A stretch of 64,000 bases of DNA from an uncultured delta proteobacterium (GTDB lineage Bacteria > Myxococcota > Myxococcia > Myxococcales > Myxococcaceae): positions 32,001-96,000 of the forward strand of contig CAWCKH010000001.1 in NCBI GenBank assembly GCA_963796055.1. Reading direction: 5' to 3'. Position numbers and translations under genes: made by a program. Below, piece by piece: positions 39,723 through 49,400 of the stretch (the first letter of the stretch is position 1; every line of letters begins with the position of its first letter). A model generated the notes under the pieces. The model was given only the letters and a program-made list of their open reading frames with translations. It was not told the DNA's origin and did not search any database.

Positions 39723-41495
39723 ATGTCCGGGTGGTGGTTGAGCGGCGTTCTCCTGCTGGGGGCGGCGTGTACGCCGGTGCCCGGGCACACCAAGGTGACT
39801 CCCCCGGGGACGGCCGGTGCCTCCGCCGTTCCCCACGCGCTGGTGGTGGACTTCCGCGATGGCACCTCCGCGGAGGAGGTCGCCGAGCGCGCCCGCCGCT
39901 GGGGCCTGTCGCTCCATCTCAACTCGGTGGAAGGCCCCCGCTCGGGCATCGCCATCGCCGAGGGCGTGGAGGACGTGGACGCCGCGCTGGCCCACATCCG
40001 CGGAGACGCCGACGTCGAGGAGGCCGAGCCGCTGGTCCAGATGGAGGCGCTGGCCTTCACCCCGAACGATCCCGAGTTCCCCAGGCAGTGGAATCTCAGG
40101 ATGATCCACATGCCGGAGGCCTGGGAGCGTTCCCGGGGCAAGGGCGTGGTGGTCGCGGTCATCGACACCGGCATCGCCTACGAGGACCACGGCGACTTCG
40201 TGCAGGTGCCGGACCTGGCCGGAGCGCGCTTCGTCCCCGGGTACGACTTCGTCAACGACACCGACCACCCCAACGACGACAACGGGCACGGGACCCACGT
40301 GGCCGGCACCATCGCCCAGCGCACCAACAACGGCGTGGGAGTGGCGGGCGTGGCGTTCGAGGCGCGCCTGATGCCGTTGAAGGTCCTCAGCCGCGCCGGC
40401 CTGGGGAACTCGGCGGACATCTCCGACGCCATCCGCTGGGCGGTGGACCACGGCGCGAAGGTGCTCAACCTCTCGCTCGGCGGGCCTGGCTACTCGGCAG
40501 TGATGGAGCGCGCGGTGGCCTACGCCCGGAGCAAGGGTGCGGTGGTGGTCTGCGCGGCAGGCAACGCCGGCACCGGTCAGGTCTCGTACCCGGCGGCGTA
40601 CGCCGGCGCGGTGGCCGTCGGGGCGGTGGGCCCGGATGGGCAGCTGGCGCCGTACTCGTCGTGGGGAGAGGCACTGGACGTGGTGGCGCCGGGCGGAAAC
40701 ACCCGCCTCGGGCCGGGAAACGGCATCCTCCAGGCGACCATCGACCGGGCGGACTTCCGCAAGCCGGTCCTCGCCGAGTACCAGGGGACGTCCATGGCCA
40801 CCCCCCACGTGGCCGGGGTGGCAGCGCTGCTCTTCGCCGCCGGGGCGAGGACGCCGGACGAGGTGGAGAAGGCGCTGTTCGAGGGCGCGGTCTCCGACGG
40901 CGGCGCCTGGACGCCGCGGGCGGGACACGGCCGGCTGGACGCGCTCGGCGCTCTGAACGCGCTCGGCACCACCGCGCCGGGGGTGGACTGGGCTCCCCTC
41001 GTCTGGAGCGCGGCACTGCTGGCGCTGCTGCTGCTGTCGCTGAAAGTGAAGGTCCGCCCGGGGTTCCTGAACGTACTGCTCAACCCGGCGACGCTCCTGC
41101 CGCTGCTGCTCAGCACGGTGGGCCTGTGGTTCCTGAAGCTCCTCTGGCAGCGCTTCGTGGGCCACCCGCCGGCGGCCGCCGAGGTGCTCTCCCTCCCCAT
41201 CCCCGACTGGGAACGCATCCTCTTCGGGCGGGGCCGGCTGGCGAGCCCGCTGATGTACAGCGCCCTGGTGCCTGGGGTCGCGGCGCTGTTCGCCCTGAAG
41301 TGGCGGGCGCTGCGTCCGGTCGTCGCTGGCCTGGCACTGGGGTTTGCCGGATTCTTGCTCTACGCGGCCTGGGCGAAGGCGCCGGCCATCGCCTACCTTC
41401 CCTTCACGTTCCTCGCGCGGCCCTGGCTGGTGCTGAACGGCGTCCTCGCGGCGCTGCTCAGCCGGGCGATGCTCCGGAGGGAGGCGCGGCGATGA
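39723..41495 (+). CDS. S8 subtilisin-like peptidase, lipoprotein with C-terminal TM domain
   Basis: LGAAC; VIDTG, HGTHVAG, AAGN, GTSMATP; about 4 C-terminal TMs. Confidence 0.92.
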   Translation: MSGWWLSGVLLLGAACTPVPGHTKVTPPGTAGASAVPHALVVDFRDGTSAEEVAERARRWGLSLHLNSVEGPRSGIAIAEGVEDVDAALAHIRGDADVEEAEPLVQMEALAFTPNDPEFPRQWNLRMIHMPEAWERSRGKGVVVAVIDTGIAYEDHGDFVQVPDLAGARFVPGYDFVNDTDHPNDDNGHGTHVAGTIAQRTNNGVGVAGVAFEARLMPLKVLSRAGLGNSADISDAIRWAVDHGAKVLNLSLGGPGYSAVMERAVAYARSKGAVVVCAAGNAGTGQVSYPAAYAGAVAVGAVGPDGQLAPYSSWGEALDVVAPGGNTRLGPGNGILQATIDRADFRKPVLAEYQGTSMATPHVAGVAALLFAAGARTPDEVEKALFEGAVSDGGAWTPRAGHGRLDALGALNALGTTAPGVDWAPLVWSAALLALLLLSLKVKVRPGFLNVLLNPATLLPLLLSTVGLWFLKLLWQRFVGHPPAAAEVLSLPIPDWERILFGRGRLASPLMYSALVPGVAALFALKWRALRPVVAGLALGFAGFLLYAAWAKAPAIAYLPFTFLARPWLVLNGVLAALLSRAMLRREARR

Positions 41496-41707
41496 AGGTC
41501 CGAGGGACGGTCGAGTTCCGGGACGTGGAGATGGGAGTCTGGGTGCTCGCCGGGGACGATGGCAGGACCTACCAGATCGCCGGAGGGCGCTCCTCGCTGC
41601 TCAAGGAAGGGCAGCGGGTGGAGATCGACGGCGACGTCGACGAGGCCGCGATGGGCATCTCGATGGTCGGCCCGGTGCTGCGGGTGCACGGCTACAAGAG
41701 GCTGTGA
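41492..41707 (+). CDS. Small OB-fold-like protein (DUF5818-like)
   Basis: 71 aa MKVRGTVEFRDVEMGVWVL...MVGPVLRV; ATGA-coupled to the peptidase. Confidence 0.7.
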   Translation: MKVRGTVEFRDVEMGVWVLAGDDGRTYQIAGGRSSLLKEGQRVEIDGDVDEAAMGISMVGPVLRVHGYKRL

Positions 41708-41708
41708 G

Positions 41709-42866
41709 TCAGGGGCCAGGGCCCTCGCCGGCTCCGGCGTCGGGCGTGCCCGGCTCCAGGGCCCGGGCGAGCGCCCGGCGCGCGCGGAGGTAGCTGTCGA
41801 GCGTGGCGTTGCCCCGGTGCACCTCCTCCCGGAGCGCGTCCACCTCCGCGCGACGCGCGTGCACCCAGTCCGGCTCACCGGTCCTGGGTGGGGGCAACCT
41901 GACCCGAACCTCGGCCACATCCAGCGCGAGCCCTCGGCGGTCGGCGAGCCCCCAGGCCACCAGAGACACCGAGGCGGCCACGGCCCACGGCGCGACCGCC
42001 CGGAAGAACGGGACGCGGAGCCGCGCCACCTCGGTCTCCCGAGCCTGACCCCACGCGCCCGGGACGCGCCGGGCTACCGCGAGGACGACGCCCAGCGCCA
42101 GCCACCCCAGGACGCTCGCCATCAGCACCGCCGGAAGCTGCGCCGAGGTGTCGACCGGCGCCGGCTCCTGCCCCTTGCTCGAGGCGTAGAGCAGGGTGGC
42201 GGTGAGGTTGCTTCCGAGGTGGGCCACCATGCCGGGGAGGACGCTCCGGGTCCGGGCGTAGAGCAGGCCGAACACCACGCCCAGCTCGAACAGCGCCGGC
42301 AACCCGATGAGGTTGACGTGGCAGAGGCTGAAGATGACCGCGGAGGCCACCACCGCCGGCACCACCGCAACCCCCCGGCGGAGGAGCCCCTGGAGCAGCA
42401 GGCCGCGGAAGATGACCTCTTCCCCGATGGGCGCCGCCGCCACCGCGCCGGTCATGGCCAGGAACAGCTCCAGCCCCGCCTGGCGCTCGAAGACCTGCGT
42501 CTGGTCGAACATCTCCACCCAGGACCGGGGCGCCACGAGCTGCACCCCGAACTGCACGGGGATGACCACCGCGAAGTAGTTGGCCACCGCCACCAGCAGC
42601 GCGAACACCAGCGGCCGGGCCGCCGGCCAGCTCAGGCCGAGGTACGCCGCCGGGGCGCGGCCGCTCCAGCGGGTCAGCGCCCAGCCGAAGCCGAAGAAGA
42701 GGAAGATCTCGGTGAACCAGATGCCCGCGCCGGCGCTGACCATCTGCAACGGGACGCCGAGGAGGAAGAAGAGCGCAAGCGCGCCGACCAGCGCCAGCCA
42801 GCCGAGGCGATCGGCGGGGACGGGCGGCTCGGGTGCGTCGGTCGGGGGAAGGGTGGGTTCGGGCAC
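41709..42866 (-). CDS. CPBP (CAAX/Abi) intramembrane metalloprotease
   Basis: PIGEEVIFRG, FSLCH, AHLGSN; start uncertain (42866 or 42923). Confidence 0.88.
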   Translation of the reverse strand: MPEPTLPPTDAPEPPVPADRLGWLALVGALALFFLLGVPLQMVSAGAGIWFTEIFLFFGFGWALTRWSGRAPAAYLGLSWPAARPLVFALLVAVANYFAVVIPVQFGVQLVAPRSWVEMFDQTQVFERQAGLELFLAMTGAVAAAPIGEEVIFRGLLLQGLLRRGVAVVPAVVASAVIFSLCHVNLIGLPALFELGVVFGLLYARTRSVLPGMVAHLGSNLTATLLYASSKGQEPAPVDTSAQLPAVLMASVLGWLALGVVLAVARRVPGAWGQARETEVARLRVPFFRAVAPWAVAASVSLVAWGLADRRGLALDVAEVRVRLPPPRTGEPDWVHARRAEVDALREEVHRGNATLDSYLRARRALARALEPGTPDAGAGEGPGP

Positions 42867-42928
42867 GGGACGGACGGGGGGCGCACCTTGCCAGCCCTCC
42901 GCGGGCTGTGAAAGCGTCGACACCAGGC

Positions 42929-43414
42929 ATGCGTCGTTTGTTTCTCCTGCTCTCGCTCCTGCTCGGCGCCGCGTGCCAGCGCTCGTATAGCCCGCGGCCA
43001 CTTCCTGACTCGTTCAGCGCCCGCGGCCTCGATGGGGCGAGCGTCACGCCGGCGACGATGCGCGGCCGTCCGTGGCTGGTGAACCTCTGGATGCCTGGCT
43101 GAGGCGTCTGTGCTCGGGAGTTGCCCGAGCTGGAGAAGCTGGCCAGGCAGTACGAGGGCCGGGTGGGCTTCATCGCGGTGTCGATCGCCCCGGACCGCAA
43201 CCGGATCCGGACGGCGGCGGCACGGATGGGGCTGCGGTCGATGCCGGTCGCCGCGGCGGAGAGCGAGATGCTTGCCCCGCTGGAGCTGGAGACGGTCCCG
43301 GCGACCTTCCTCGTCTCCGCCGACGGAATGATGGTGGAGCGCTACCAGGGCGTGGTCTCGAGCTCGACCCTGGCTCACAAGCTCGAGGGCCTGCTCAGCA
43401 CCGCCCGGCGCTAG
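42929..43414 (+). CDS. TlpA-like thioredoxin-fold lipoprotein, predicted selenoprotein (Sec58, UGVC)
   Basis: ORFs ending at 43102 and starting at 43121 share one frame; read-through gives LGAAC...WLVNLWMPG-U-GVCARELPELEKL...TVPATFLVSADG. Confidence 0.8.
43103..43130 (+). promoter_or_regulatory. Bacterial SECIS-like hairpin
   Basis: GCTCGGG-AGTTG-CCCGAGC (43112-43130): 7-bp stem, loop begins 16 nt after the TGA, G at loop position 2. Confidence 0.7.
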
Positions 43415-43433
43415 CCGCCAAGGCCGAGAGGGT

Positions 43434-45980
43434 TCAGCGCCCGAGGAAAGAGTGAAGCTCGGCCCGGAATGCCTCGCGCTGCTCGGAACGCTCCGCCGCG
43501 GGGCCGAGCACCAGCTTGCGGTCGCGCTCGACCACCATCTCCTGGTCCAGCAGCCAGGCCAGCGCGTTCTCCAGGGTGGTGCGGCTGAGCGCCTCGGGGG
43601 CGTCGATGCGCCCCTGGAGGAATTCCATGCGCCCCGTCTCCAGCCCCGCGCGGACGAAGGACTTGCGGTCCATGGGCCCGGAGACCAGGTCCTCGAGCGT
43701 CAGGCCAGCGAGCAGGTACGACTGGAGGTAGTCGCGGAGGATGTCCGCCAGGAACTTGAGCTCCGTCCGGGCGCGGGCATCGCGCGGGACAAAGGCCCCC
43801 TGGCGAGAGGCCAGTAATTCCGCTCCCACCAGCCGCTCCACCGTCTCGGAGAAGATGATCTCGAACGGCGTGCCCACCCGGTAGATGAACTCCAGCTTGA
43901 ACAGCCGGGAGAGGAACAGCGCCTTGGTGCGGACCGACTCCTCGGAGCTATCGAGCACGCCCCGGAGCACCGCGCAGGCCACCAGCGAGCGGGGCGCCAC
44001 CAGATTCAGGATCGTGTTCTTGTAGTAGGCGAGCTGCACCCGCCGATCGTCGACCGGGAGATAGACGGTCTCGCCCTTGGCCTGCTCGGTGCGGACCAGC
44101 TTGTCCTCGATGAAGCCGAGCACCGCCTCGCGCACCGGGCCGGCCACGGTCGGGTCCGTCGGCGCCTCGCCCAGCCCGGTGGAGAGCGCCGCGCCGTCCT
44201 CGAGCAGCATCCGGCGGAGTGCCTCCACCCGGGTGGCGAGGACCGAGGCCGGAAGCCCCCGGCCCGGGTGGGCGAGGAGCGCGGTGCTCAGCAGCGCGGG
44301 CGGCGTCACCGTGGACACCCGGGCAATGCCCCACATGATGCGGTGCCCGAGCGCACGGACCAGGCTGCGCTTCTCCTCCTCGGTGAGGGCGGACGGGTCG
44401 GTGAGTCCACGGGCTCGCATGAACTCCCGGAGCAGCACCGGCTCGTCGAAGCGCAGGTGGATGGTGCCGTAGCGGCGCAGCAAGACTTTTGGCGCGCGGA
44501 TGAGCGCGCCCACGTCCTCGGGCTTCTTCTCGCCCCCCAAAAGCTCCCTGGAGTAGCTGCTGCCCTCGACAATCTTCTCGTAGTCGATGGCCACCGGCAC
44601 GAAGGCCAGGTCGTTCCGGGCGCCCTCCAGCACCGCGTCCACCTCCCAGCCGAGCAGCCCGAGCTTTGCCGGGAGCAGCTTGCCGGTCCGCGAGCGGCCG
44701 CCCTCGGGGAAGAATTCTTGAAGCACGCCGTCCCGCACCAGCTTCTTCACGTAGGCCTTGAAGGTCGCGGTGTAGAGCCGGTCGGTGCCGAAGCTCCGGC
44801 GGAGGAAGAATGCCCCCGCCCGGCGGAGCAGCGGCCCGAGCGGGAAGAAGGAGAGGTTGGCCCCCGCGGCGACCACCGGCATCTGGTAGCCGCGCTTCCA
44901 CAGCACCCAGGACATCACCAGGTAGTCGATGTGGCTCTTGTGGCTGGGGCAGATCACGATCGGCGCTCCGGCCCGCGCCACCCGGAGCGCCCGATCGAGG
45001 CCCGCCTCGTCCACGGCGATGCCGTCGTAGATGCGATCGAAGATCCAGCTCAGGATCGGGGCGAGCAGGCCGACCACCGTGGGGTGCAGCCGCGCCGCGA
45101 TGCCGTTGAGGTGGCGGCGGGCCTCGCGCTCCAGCAAGCCCGGGTCCTTGCCGCCGCGGGCGGCGGTCTGCTCGATGGTCTGACGCAGGGTGCGGTCGCG
45201 CAGCGTCTCCTCGATGACCCGCTCCGGCGGCTTGTAGGGCGGACCGAACACCGCCCGGGTCTCGCGGGCGAGGTGGACGTGGAGCACCGCGCGCACCTTG
45301 CGGGCCACGACGGCATCGGAGTCGCCGGGGCTCTCGGCGGCGAAGGCCCGGAGGTCGATGGGGGTGCCGACGCGGAACTGGGCCCGCTTGTGGTTCCGCC
45401 AGAAGGCGAGCACCGAGTGGAGGAAGCCGGGCGCCTCCGGCGTGCCGAACACGTAGTCCGCCCAGGCGGGCTTGAGCCGGGTGCTCCACTTCTCCCAGAC
45501 CACCAGCTCGGGGACCAGGTACACCGGCCGGTCCATCTTCCGGGCCATCGCCACCAGGGCAGGGAAGGGGTCCTCGCGGCCGCTCCGCCCGCCCGGGCGC
45601 ATCACCGCCGTCTGCTGGAGGAAGACCAGGGCCGAGCCGCCGTGCCTCCGCGCGTACTCGAACCGCACGTCGAGCGCGCCGCGCTGGGCCACCCGGCGCC
45701 AGGGCCGGCCGAACCATCGGCGCATGTTCACCACGGCGCGCAGCGGCGGGAGCGCACGGTTCACCAGCAGCCAGGCGAGGTACAGGAAGCTGACCCAGGC
45801 GGCGGTCCGCTGCACGTGCACCACGAACCCGCGGTCGCTCAGCCGCCGCAGCTCCACCTCCGCCGCGGGACCCACCCGGACATGCGGACAGTAGCGGCGC
45901 CCCAGCGCGCGGCCAATCGGGCCGAACTCGTGCCGGAGCGCGGCCTCGCTGTCGTCGACCTTCACCAGCGCGGTGGCCAT
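43434..45980 (-). CDS. plsB: Glycerol-3-phosphate acyltransferase (PlsB-like)
   Basis: SHKSHIDY (HX4D), GAFFLRR, FFPEGGRSRTG, VPVAIDYE. Confidence 0.85.
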   Translation of the reverse strand: MATALVKVDDSEAALRHEFGPIGRALGRRYCPHVRVGPAAEVELRRLSDRGFVVHVQRTAAWVSFLYLAWLLVNRALPPLRAVVNMRRWFGRPWRRVAQRGALDVRFEYARRHGGSALVFLQQTAVMRPGGRSGREDPFPALVAMARKMDRPVYLVPELVVWEKWSTRLKPAWADYVFGTPEAPGFLHSVLAFWRNHKRAQFRVGTPIDLRAFAAESPGDSDAVVARKVRAVLHVHLARETRAVFGPPYKPPERVIEETLRDRTLRQTIEQTAARGGKDPGLLEREARRHLNGIAARLHPTVVGLLAPILSWIFDRIYDGIAVDEAGLDRALRVARAGAPIVICPSHKSHIDYLVMSWVLWKRGYQMPVVAAGANLSFFPLGPLLRRAGAFFLRRSFGTDRLYTATFKAYVKKLVRDGVLQEFFPEGGRSRTGKLLPAKLGLLGWEVDAVLEGARNDLAFVPVAIDYEKIVEGSSYSRELLGGEKKPEDVGALIRAPKVLLRRYGTIHLRFDEPVLLREFMRARGLTDPSALTEEEKRSLVRALGHRIMWGIARVSTVTPPALLSTALLAHPGRGLPASVLATRVEALRRMLLEDGAALSTGLGEAPTDPTVAGPVREAVLGFIEDKLVRTEQAKGETVYLPVDDRRVQLAYYKNTILNLVAPRSLVACAVLRGVLDSSEESVRTKALFLSRLFKLEFIYRVGTPFEIIFSETVERLVGAELLASRQGAFVPRDARARTELKFLADILRDYLQSYLLAGLTLEDLVSGPMDRKSFVRAGLETGRMEFLQGRIDAPEALSRTTLENALAWLLDQEMVVERDRKLVLGPAAERSEQREAFRAELHSFLGR

Positions 45981-45997
45981 GGCGCTTGCTGCGAGTC

Positions 45998-47716
45998 TTA
46001 CATGCTCTCGGGCGCGGCGATGCCCAGAAGCTGCAGGCCCGTGGCGAGCACGATGCGCACCGCGTCAGCCAGGGCGAGCCGGGCGGCGCGCAGCGCCTCG
46101 TTCGACTCGTGCACCACCCGCTTGTCGCGGTCCTGGTTGCCGAGGGTGTACCAGCGGCTGAACTCGACGGCGACGTCGATGAGGTGCCGGCCGACGAAGG
46201 AGGGCTCGTCCTGCTCCACCGCGGCGCGGACCTGGACCGGGAAGCGGGCCAGCGTCCGGGCGAGCTGCTGCTCCTCGGGAAGGGTCAGCAGCCTCGCTTC
46301 GGCCCGGGCCGGGGCGCCGCCGCCGCGCTTGAGGAGGTTGCAGGCGCGGGCGTGCGCGTACTGCAAATAGGGACCGGTGTGCCCGTCGAACTCGAGCACC
46401 TCGTCCCAGTCGAAGGTGTAGTCGGTGTTCCGGCGGTTCTTGAGGTCTCCGAAGATGACCGCCCCCACGCCCACCTGCTCGGCCAGCCGCTCCGGCTCCT
46501 CGGTGTGGATCCGGCCCGAGGCGGCGCTCTCCTGGACCTTCTCCAGTGCCCTGTCCCGCGCCTCGTCCAGCACCTCCTGGAGGAGCACCAGCTTCCCCGC
46601 CCGGGTGGACATCCCCATGATGCGCCCGAACGAGACGTGGACGCAGCGGTCCGCCCACGGCTTTCCCATCGCCTTCAGCACCCGGAACACCTGGGCGAAA
46701 TGGAGCGCCTGATCGCGGGCCACGACGTAGAGCGAGCGGTCGAAGTGGAAGCGCTCCCAGCGGTCCTCCGCGGCGGCCAGGTCGCGGGTGGCGTAGAGCG
46801 TGCTTCCATCCCCCTTCTTGAGCAGCACCGGCGGCTCGCCCTCGGCGTAGGGCAGATCGACGATCAGCGCCCCCTCGCTCTGCTTGACCCCCACGGTGCG
46901 GGAGATCTCCTCGATGACCTGGTCCATCCGGTCCTCGTAGAGGCTCTCGCCGTCGATGTGCTCGAAGCGGATCCCCAGCCGCTCGTAGATGGGGAGGAAG
47001 CCCCGGAGCGAGGTCTCGCGGAGCTCCTTCCACAGGGCCCGGGCCTGTGGGTCGCCCTCCTCCATCCTCCGGAAGAACGCGCGGGCCTCGGCGTCGAAGG
47101 CCGGGTCCTGCTCGGCGCGGGCGTTGGCCTTCACGTAGACGTCCACCAGGTGGCCCATCTCACCCCGCCGGGCCGGGTCTCCGTACTCCCGCAGCCCCAC
47201 GGCGACCAGGCCGAACTGCTTTCCCCAGTCCCCCAGGTAGTTGATGCCTTCCACCCGCCAGCCCTGGCTCCGGTAGAGGTTGGCGATGGCGTGCCCGATG
47301 AGGGTGGTGCGCAGGTGGTGGAAGCCGATCGGCTTGGCGATGTTCGGCGACGAGTAGTCGATGACCACGGTCTTGCCCCGGCCGGCGTCGGTCGAGCCAT
47401 AGCCGACGCCCGCGCCCCGGGCCTCGGCCAGCACTCCATCCATGAACGCTGCGGGCTCGAAGCGGGCGTTGACGTACGGGCCGGCGGCGGAGATCTGCAG
47501 CCCGGGGACGGAGAGGCGCCCGGCCAGGTCGGCGGCGATCTTCGGGGGAGCGGTCCGCAGCTGCTTGGCGAGCGGGAAGGTGGGGAAGGTGAGGTCGGCG
47601 TGCTCGGGGTCGGCCGGCTTCACCTGGGCGCGGACGGCCTCCGGCGGCTGCTGGAGGGCAGCGGCGAGCGCGGAGGTGAAGGCGTCGAGGAGTCGGTCGT
47701 GGAGGAACTGGGTCAT
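45998..47716 (-). CDS. argS: Arginine--tRNA ligase
   Basis: IDYSSPNIAKP..HHLRT, NYLGDWGKQFG, YATRDLA, MSTRAG, GPYLQYAHAR, C-terminal PESM. Confidence 0.96.
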   Translation of the reverse strand: MTQFLHDRLLDAFTSALAAALQQPPEAVRAQVKPADPEHADLTFPTFPLAKQLRTAPPKIAADLAGRLSVPGLQISAAGPYVNARFEPAAFMDGVLAEARGAGVGYGSTDAGRGKTVVIDYSSPNIAKPIGFHHLRTTLIGHAIANLYRSQGWRVEGINYLGDWGKQFGLVAVGLREYGDPARRGEMGHLVDVYVKANARAEQDPAFDAEARAFFRRMEEGDPQARALWKELRETSLRGFLPIYERLGIRFEHIDGESLYEDRMDQVIEEISRTVGVKQSEGALIVDLPYAEGEPPVLLKKGDGSTLYATRDLAAAEDRWERFHFDRSLYVVARDQALHFAQVFRVLKAMGKPWADRCVHVSFGRIMGMSTRAGKLVLLQEVLDEARDRALEKVQESAASGRIHTEEPERLAEQVGVGAVIFGDLKNRRNTDYTFDWDEVLEFDGHTGPYLQYAHARACNLLKRGGGAPARAEARLLTLPEEQQLARTLARFPVQVRAAVEQDEPSFVGRHLIDVAVEFSRWYTLGNQDRDKRVVHESNEALRAARLALADAVRIVLATGLQLLGIAAPESM

Positions 47717-49383
47717 CGGACGGAGCGCACGGGTCGCACCACCGAGGCCACGGTGTCCAGCAACTTCGGCAGGTGCAGCGGCTTCTCGAAGAAGCCGTCG
47801 ATGCGGTCCAGCCCGGTCCCGGTGCTCAGCGAGGCCACCTCGGAGGCGCCGGAGATGATGTAGACCGGCGTCTCGGCCATCTCCGGCTGTCCCCGCAGGT
47901 GCCGGAGCACGCTCCGGCCGTCCTCCTCCGACAGGCGCAGGTCGAGCAGCACCATCGCCGGGCGCAGGCCCTCGAGCAGCACCCGCGCCTCCTCGGCGCC
48001 CGCGGCCGAGGCCACGCTGTAGCCTTCCTGCTCCAGCAATTCGGAGAGGACCTCGCGGCAGTCCCGGTCATCCTCCACCAGGAGGATGTGCCCGGCCTGC
48101 GGGGCGAGCGCGTCGTCGCCGCTGGCCACGCCCACCTGGGCGGCGAAGGCGGGCAGCACCACCCGGCGGAGGCTTCCGGCGCCGGGCGCGCTCGTGGCCT
48201 CGACCCGGCCCCCGTGCAGCTGGACGATCTTCGCGGTGATGGGCAGCCCCAGCCCCACGCTGCTTCCCGCTCCGGTGCCGCTCCGGTGGAAGGCGTCGAA
48301 GAGGCCCTCCAGGTCCTCGGGCGGCAGCCCCATCCCGTCGTCGCGCACCGTGAGCAGCGCCAGGCCCGGCTCGGAGCCCACCTCGACCTGCACCTCGCCG
48401 TCCGGGCTGCAGAGGAACAGCGCGTGCTCGACCAGGTTGTGAACGGCCTCGAACAGCCGCTCACGGTCGCCCTTCACGAACACCTCCGGGGCGGCAAGCA
48501 GGGTGAGCCGCACCCGCGACAGCTCGCCCGAGGAGGCGAGCGCGGACATCACGTCGCTCACCAGCGCCCGGAGCCCGAAGGGCCGGCTGGTCAGCTGCAT
48601 CCTCCCGGTCTGAAGCCGGGAGAGGAGCAGCAGATCGTTCAACATCCGCAGCAGGCGGTCCGCGTTCCGCTCGGCGACGTGCACCGCGTGGAGCTGCCGC
48701 TCGGGGAGCTCGCCGAGCCGCCCCTGCCCGAGCATGGCCAGGTAGGCCTTCACCGTGGTGAGCGGAGTCTTGAGGTCGTGCGAGACGTTGGAGAGGAGCT
48801 CCTCGCGGTTCTTCTCCATGGACTTCAGACCGGCCAGGGCGGTCTGGAGATCCTTCTCCCGCCGGGCGGTGTCCTCTCGCAGCCGGGCGTACTCCCAGGC
48901 GGCGGCGGCCTGGGCGGCCAGCGCCCGGAGCAGCGCGTCGGGGGCGTCCACCCGGGGAGCGATGAGCACCAGCACGCCGAGCGGCCCGCCCGCGCCCTGC
49001 AACGGGACCGCAACCAGGTCCTTCTCGCGGACGAGCGTGTTCTCGGCGAACGCCTCGCCCACCGGGCCTTCCTTGGGCCGGACGGCGGTGATGCGCGGCT
49101 CGTTGCGGCCCTTCACCGCAGCGATCTCCAGTCGGTCCCGCAGGTGGATGTACTCGGCGAGGAAGGCGCTCCGGGCCCCGAGGAGGGAGGTGATGAGCCC
49201 CAGCTGGAGCTTCTGCGCCTCGACCAGGGTGGGGGCCCGGTGGACGGCGTCGGCCATCTCCTTGAGGGTCTCGGCGGCGGCGTTTGGCCCGGGCGGCCGC
49301 TGCGACGCGGGGCCGAGGTGGGGAAACAGCTCCACCAGCGCCTTCGAGCGCCGCCGCGTCGGGGTCTTGGTCGAGCGCGTCAT
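47713..49383 (-). CDS. Hybrid histidine kinase (GAF-like, HisKA, HATPase, REC)
   Basis: SHDLKTPL, VRDDGMG, GLGLPI; receiver LLVEDD, LLDL, KP. Confidence 0.9.
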   Translation of the reverse strand: MTRSTKTPTRRRSKALVELFPHLGPASQRPPGPNAAAETLKEMADAVHRAPTLVEAQKLQLGLITSLLGARSAFLAEYIHLRDRLEIAAVKGRNEPRITAVRPKEGPVGEAFAENTLVREKDLVAVPLQGAGGPLGVLVLIAPRVDAPDALLRALAAQAAAAWEYARLREDTARREKDLQTALAGLKSMEKNREELLSNVSHDLKTPLTTVKAYLAMLGQGRLGELPERQLHAVHVAERNADRLLRMLNDLLLLSRLQTGRMQLTSRPFGLRALVSDVMSALASSGELSRVRLTLLAAPEVFVKGDRERLFEAVHNLVEHALFLCSPDGEVQVEVGSEPGLALLTVRDDGMGLPPEDLEGLFDAFHRSGTGAGSSVGLGLPITAKIVQLHGGRVEATSAPGAGSLRRVVLPAFAAQVGVASGDDALAPQAGHILLVEDDRDCREVLSELLEQEGYSVASAAGAEEARVLLEGLRPAMVLLDLRLSEEDGRSVLRHLRGQPEMAETPVYIISGASEVASLSTGTGLDRIDGFFEKPLHLPKLLDTVASVVRPVRSVR

Positions 49384-49400
49384 CCTGGGAGCCCCGCTGC

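Noticed and set aside
42833..43414. Two separate small ORFs or a pseudogene, as the ORF track suggests
   Set aside because: Same frame, TGA at the catalytic position, SECIS-like hairpin and no other lesions favour one recoded gene
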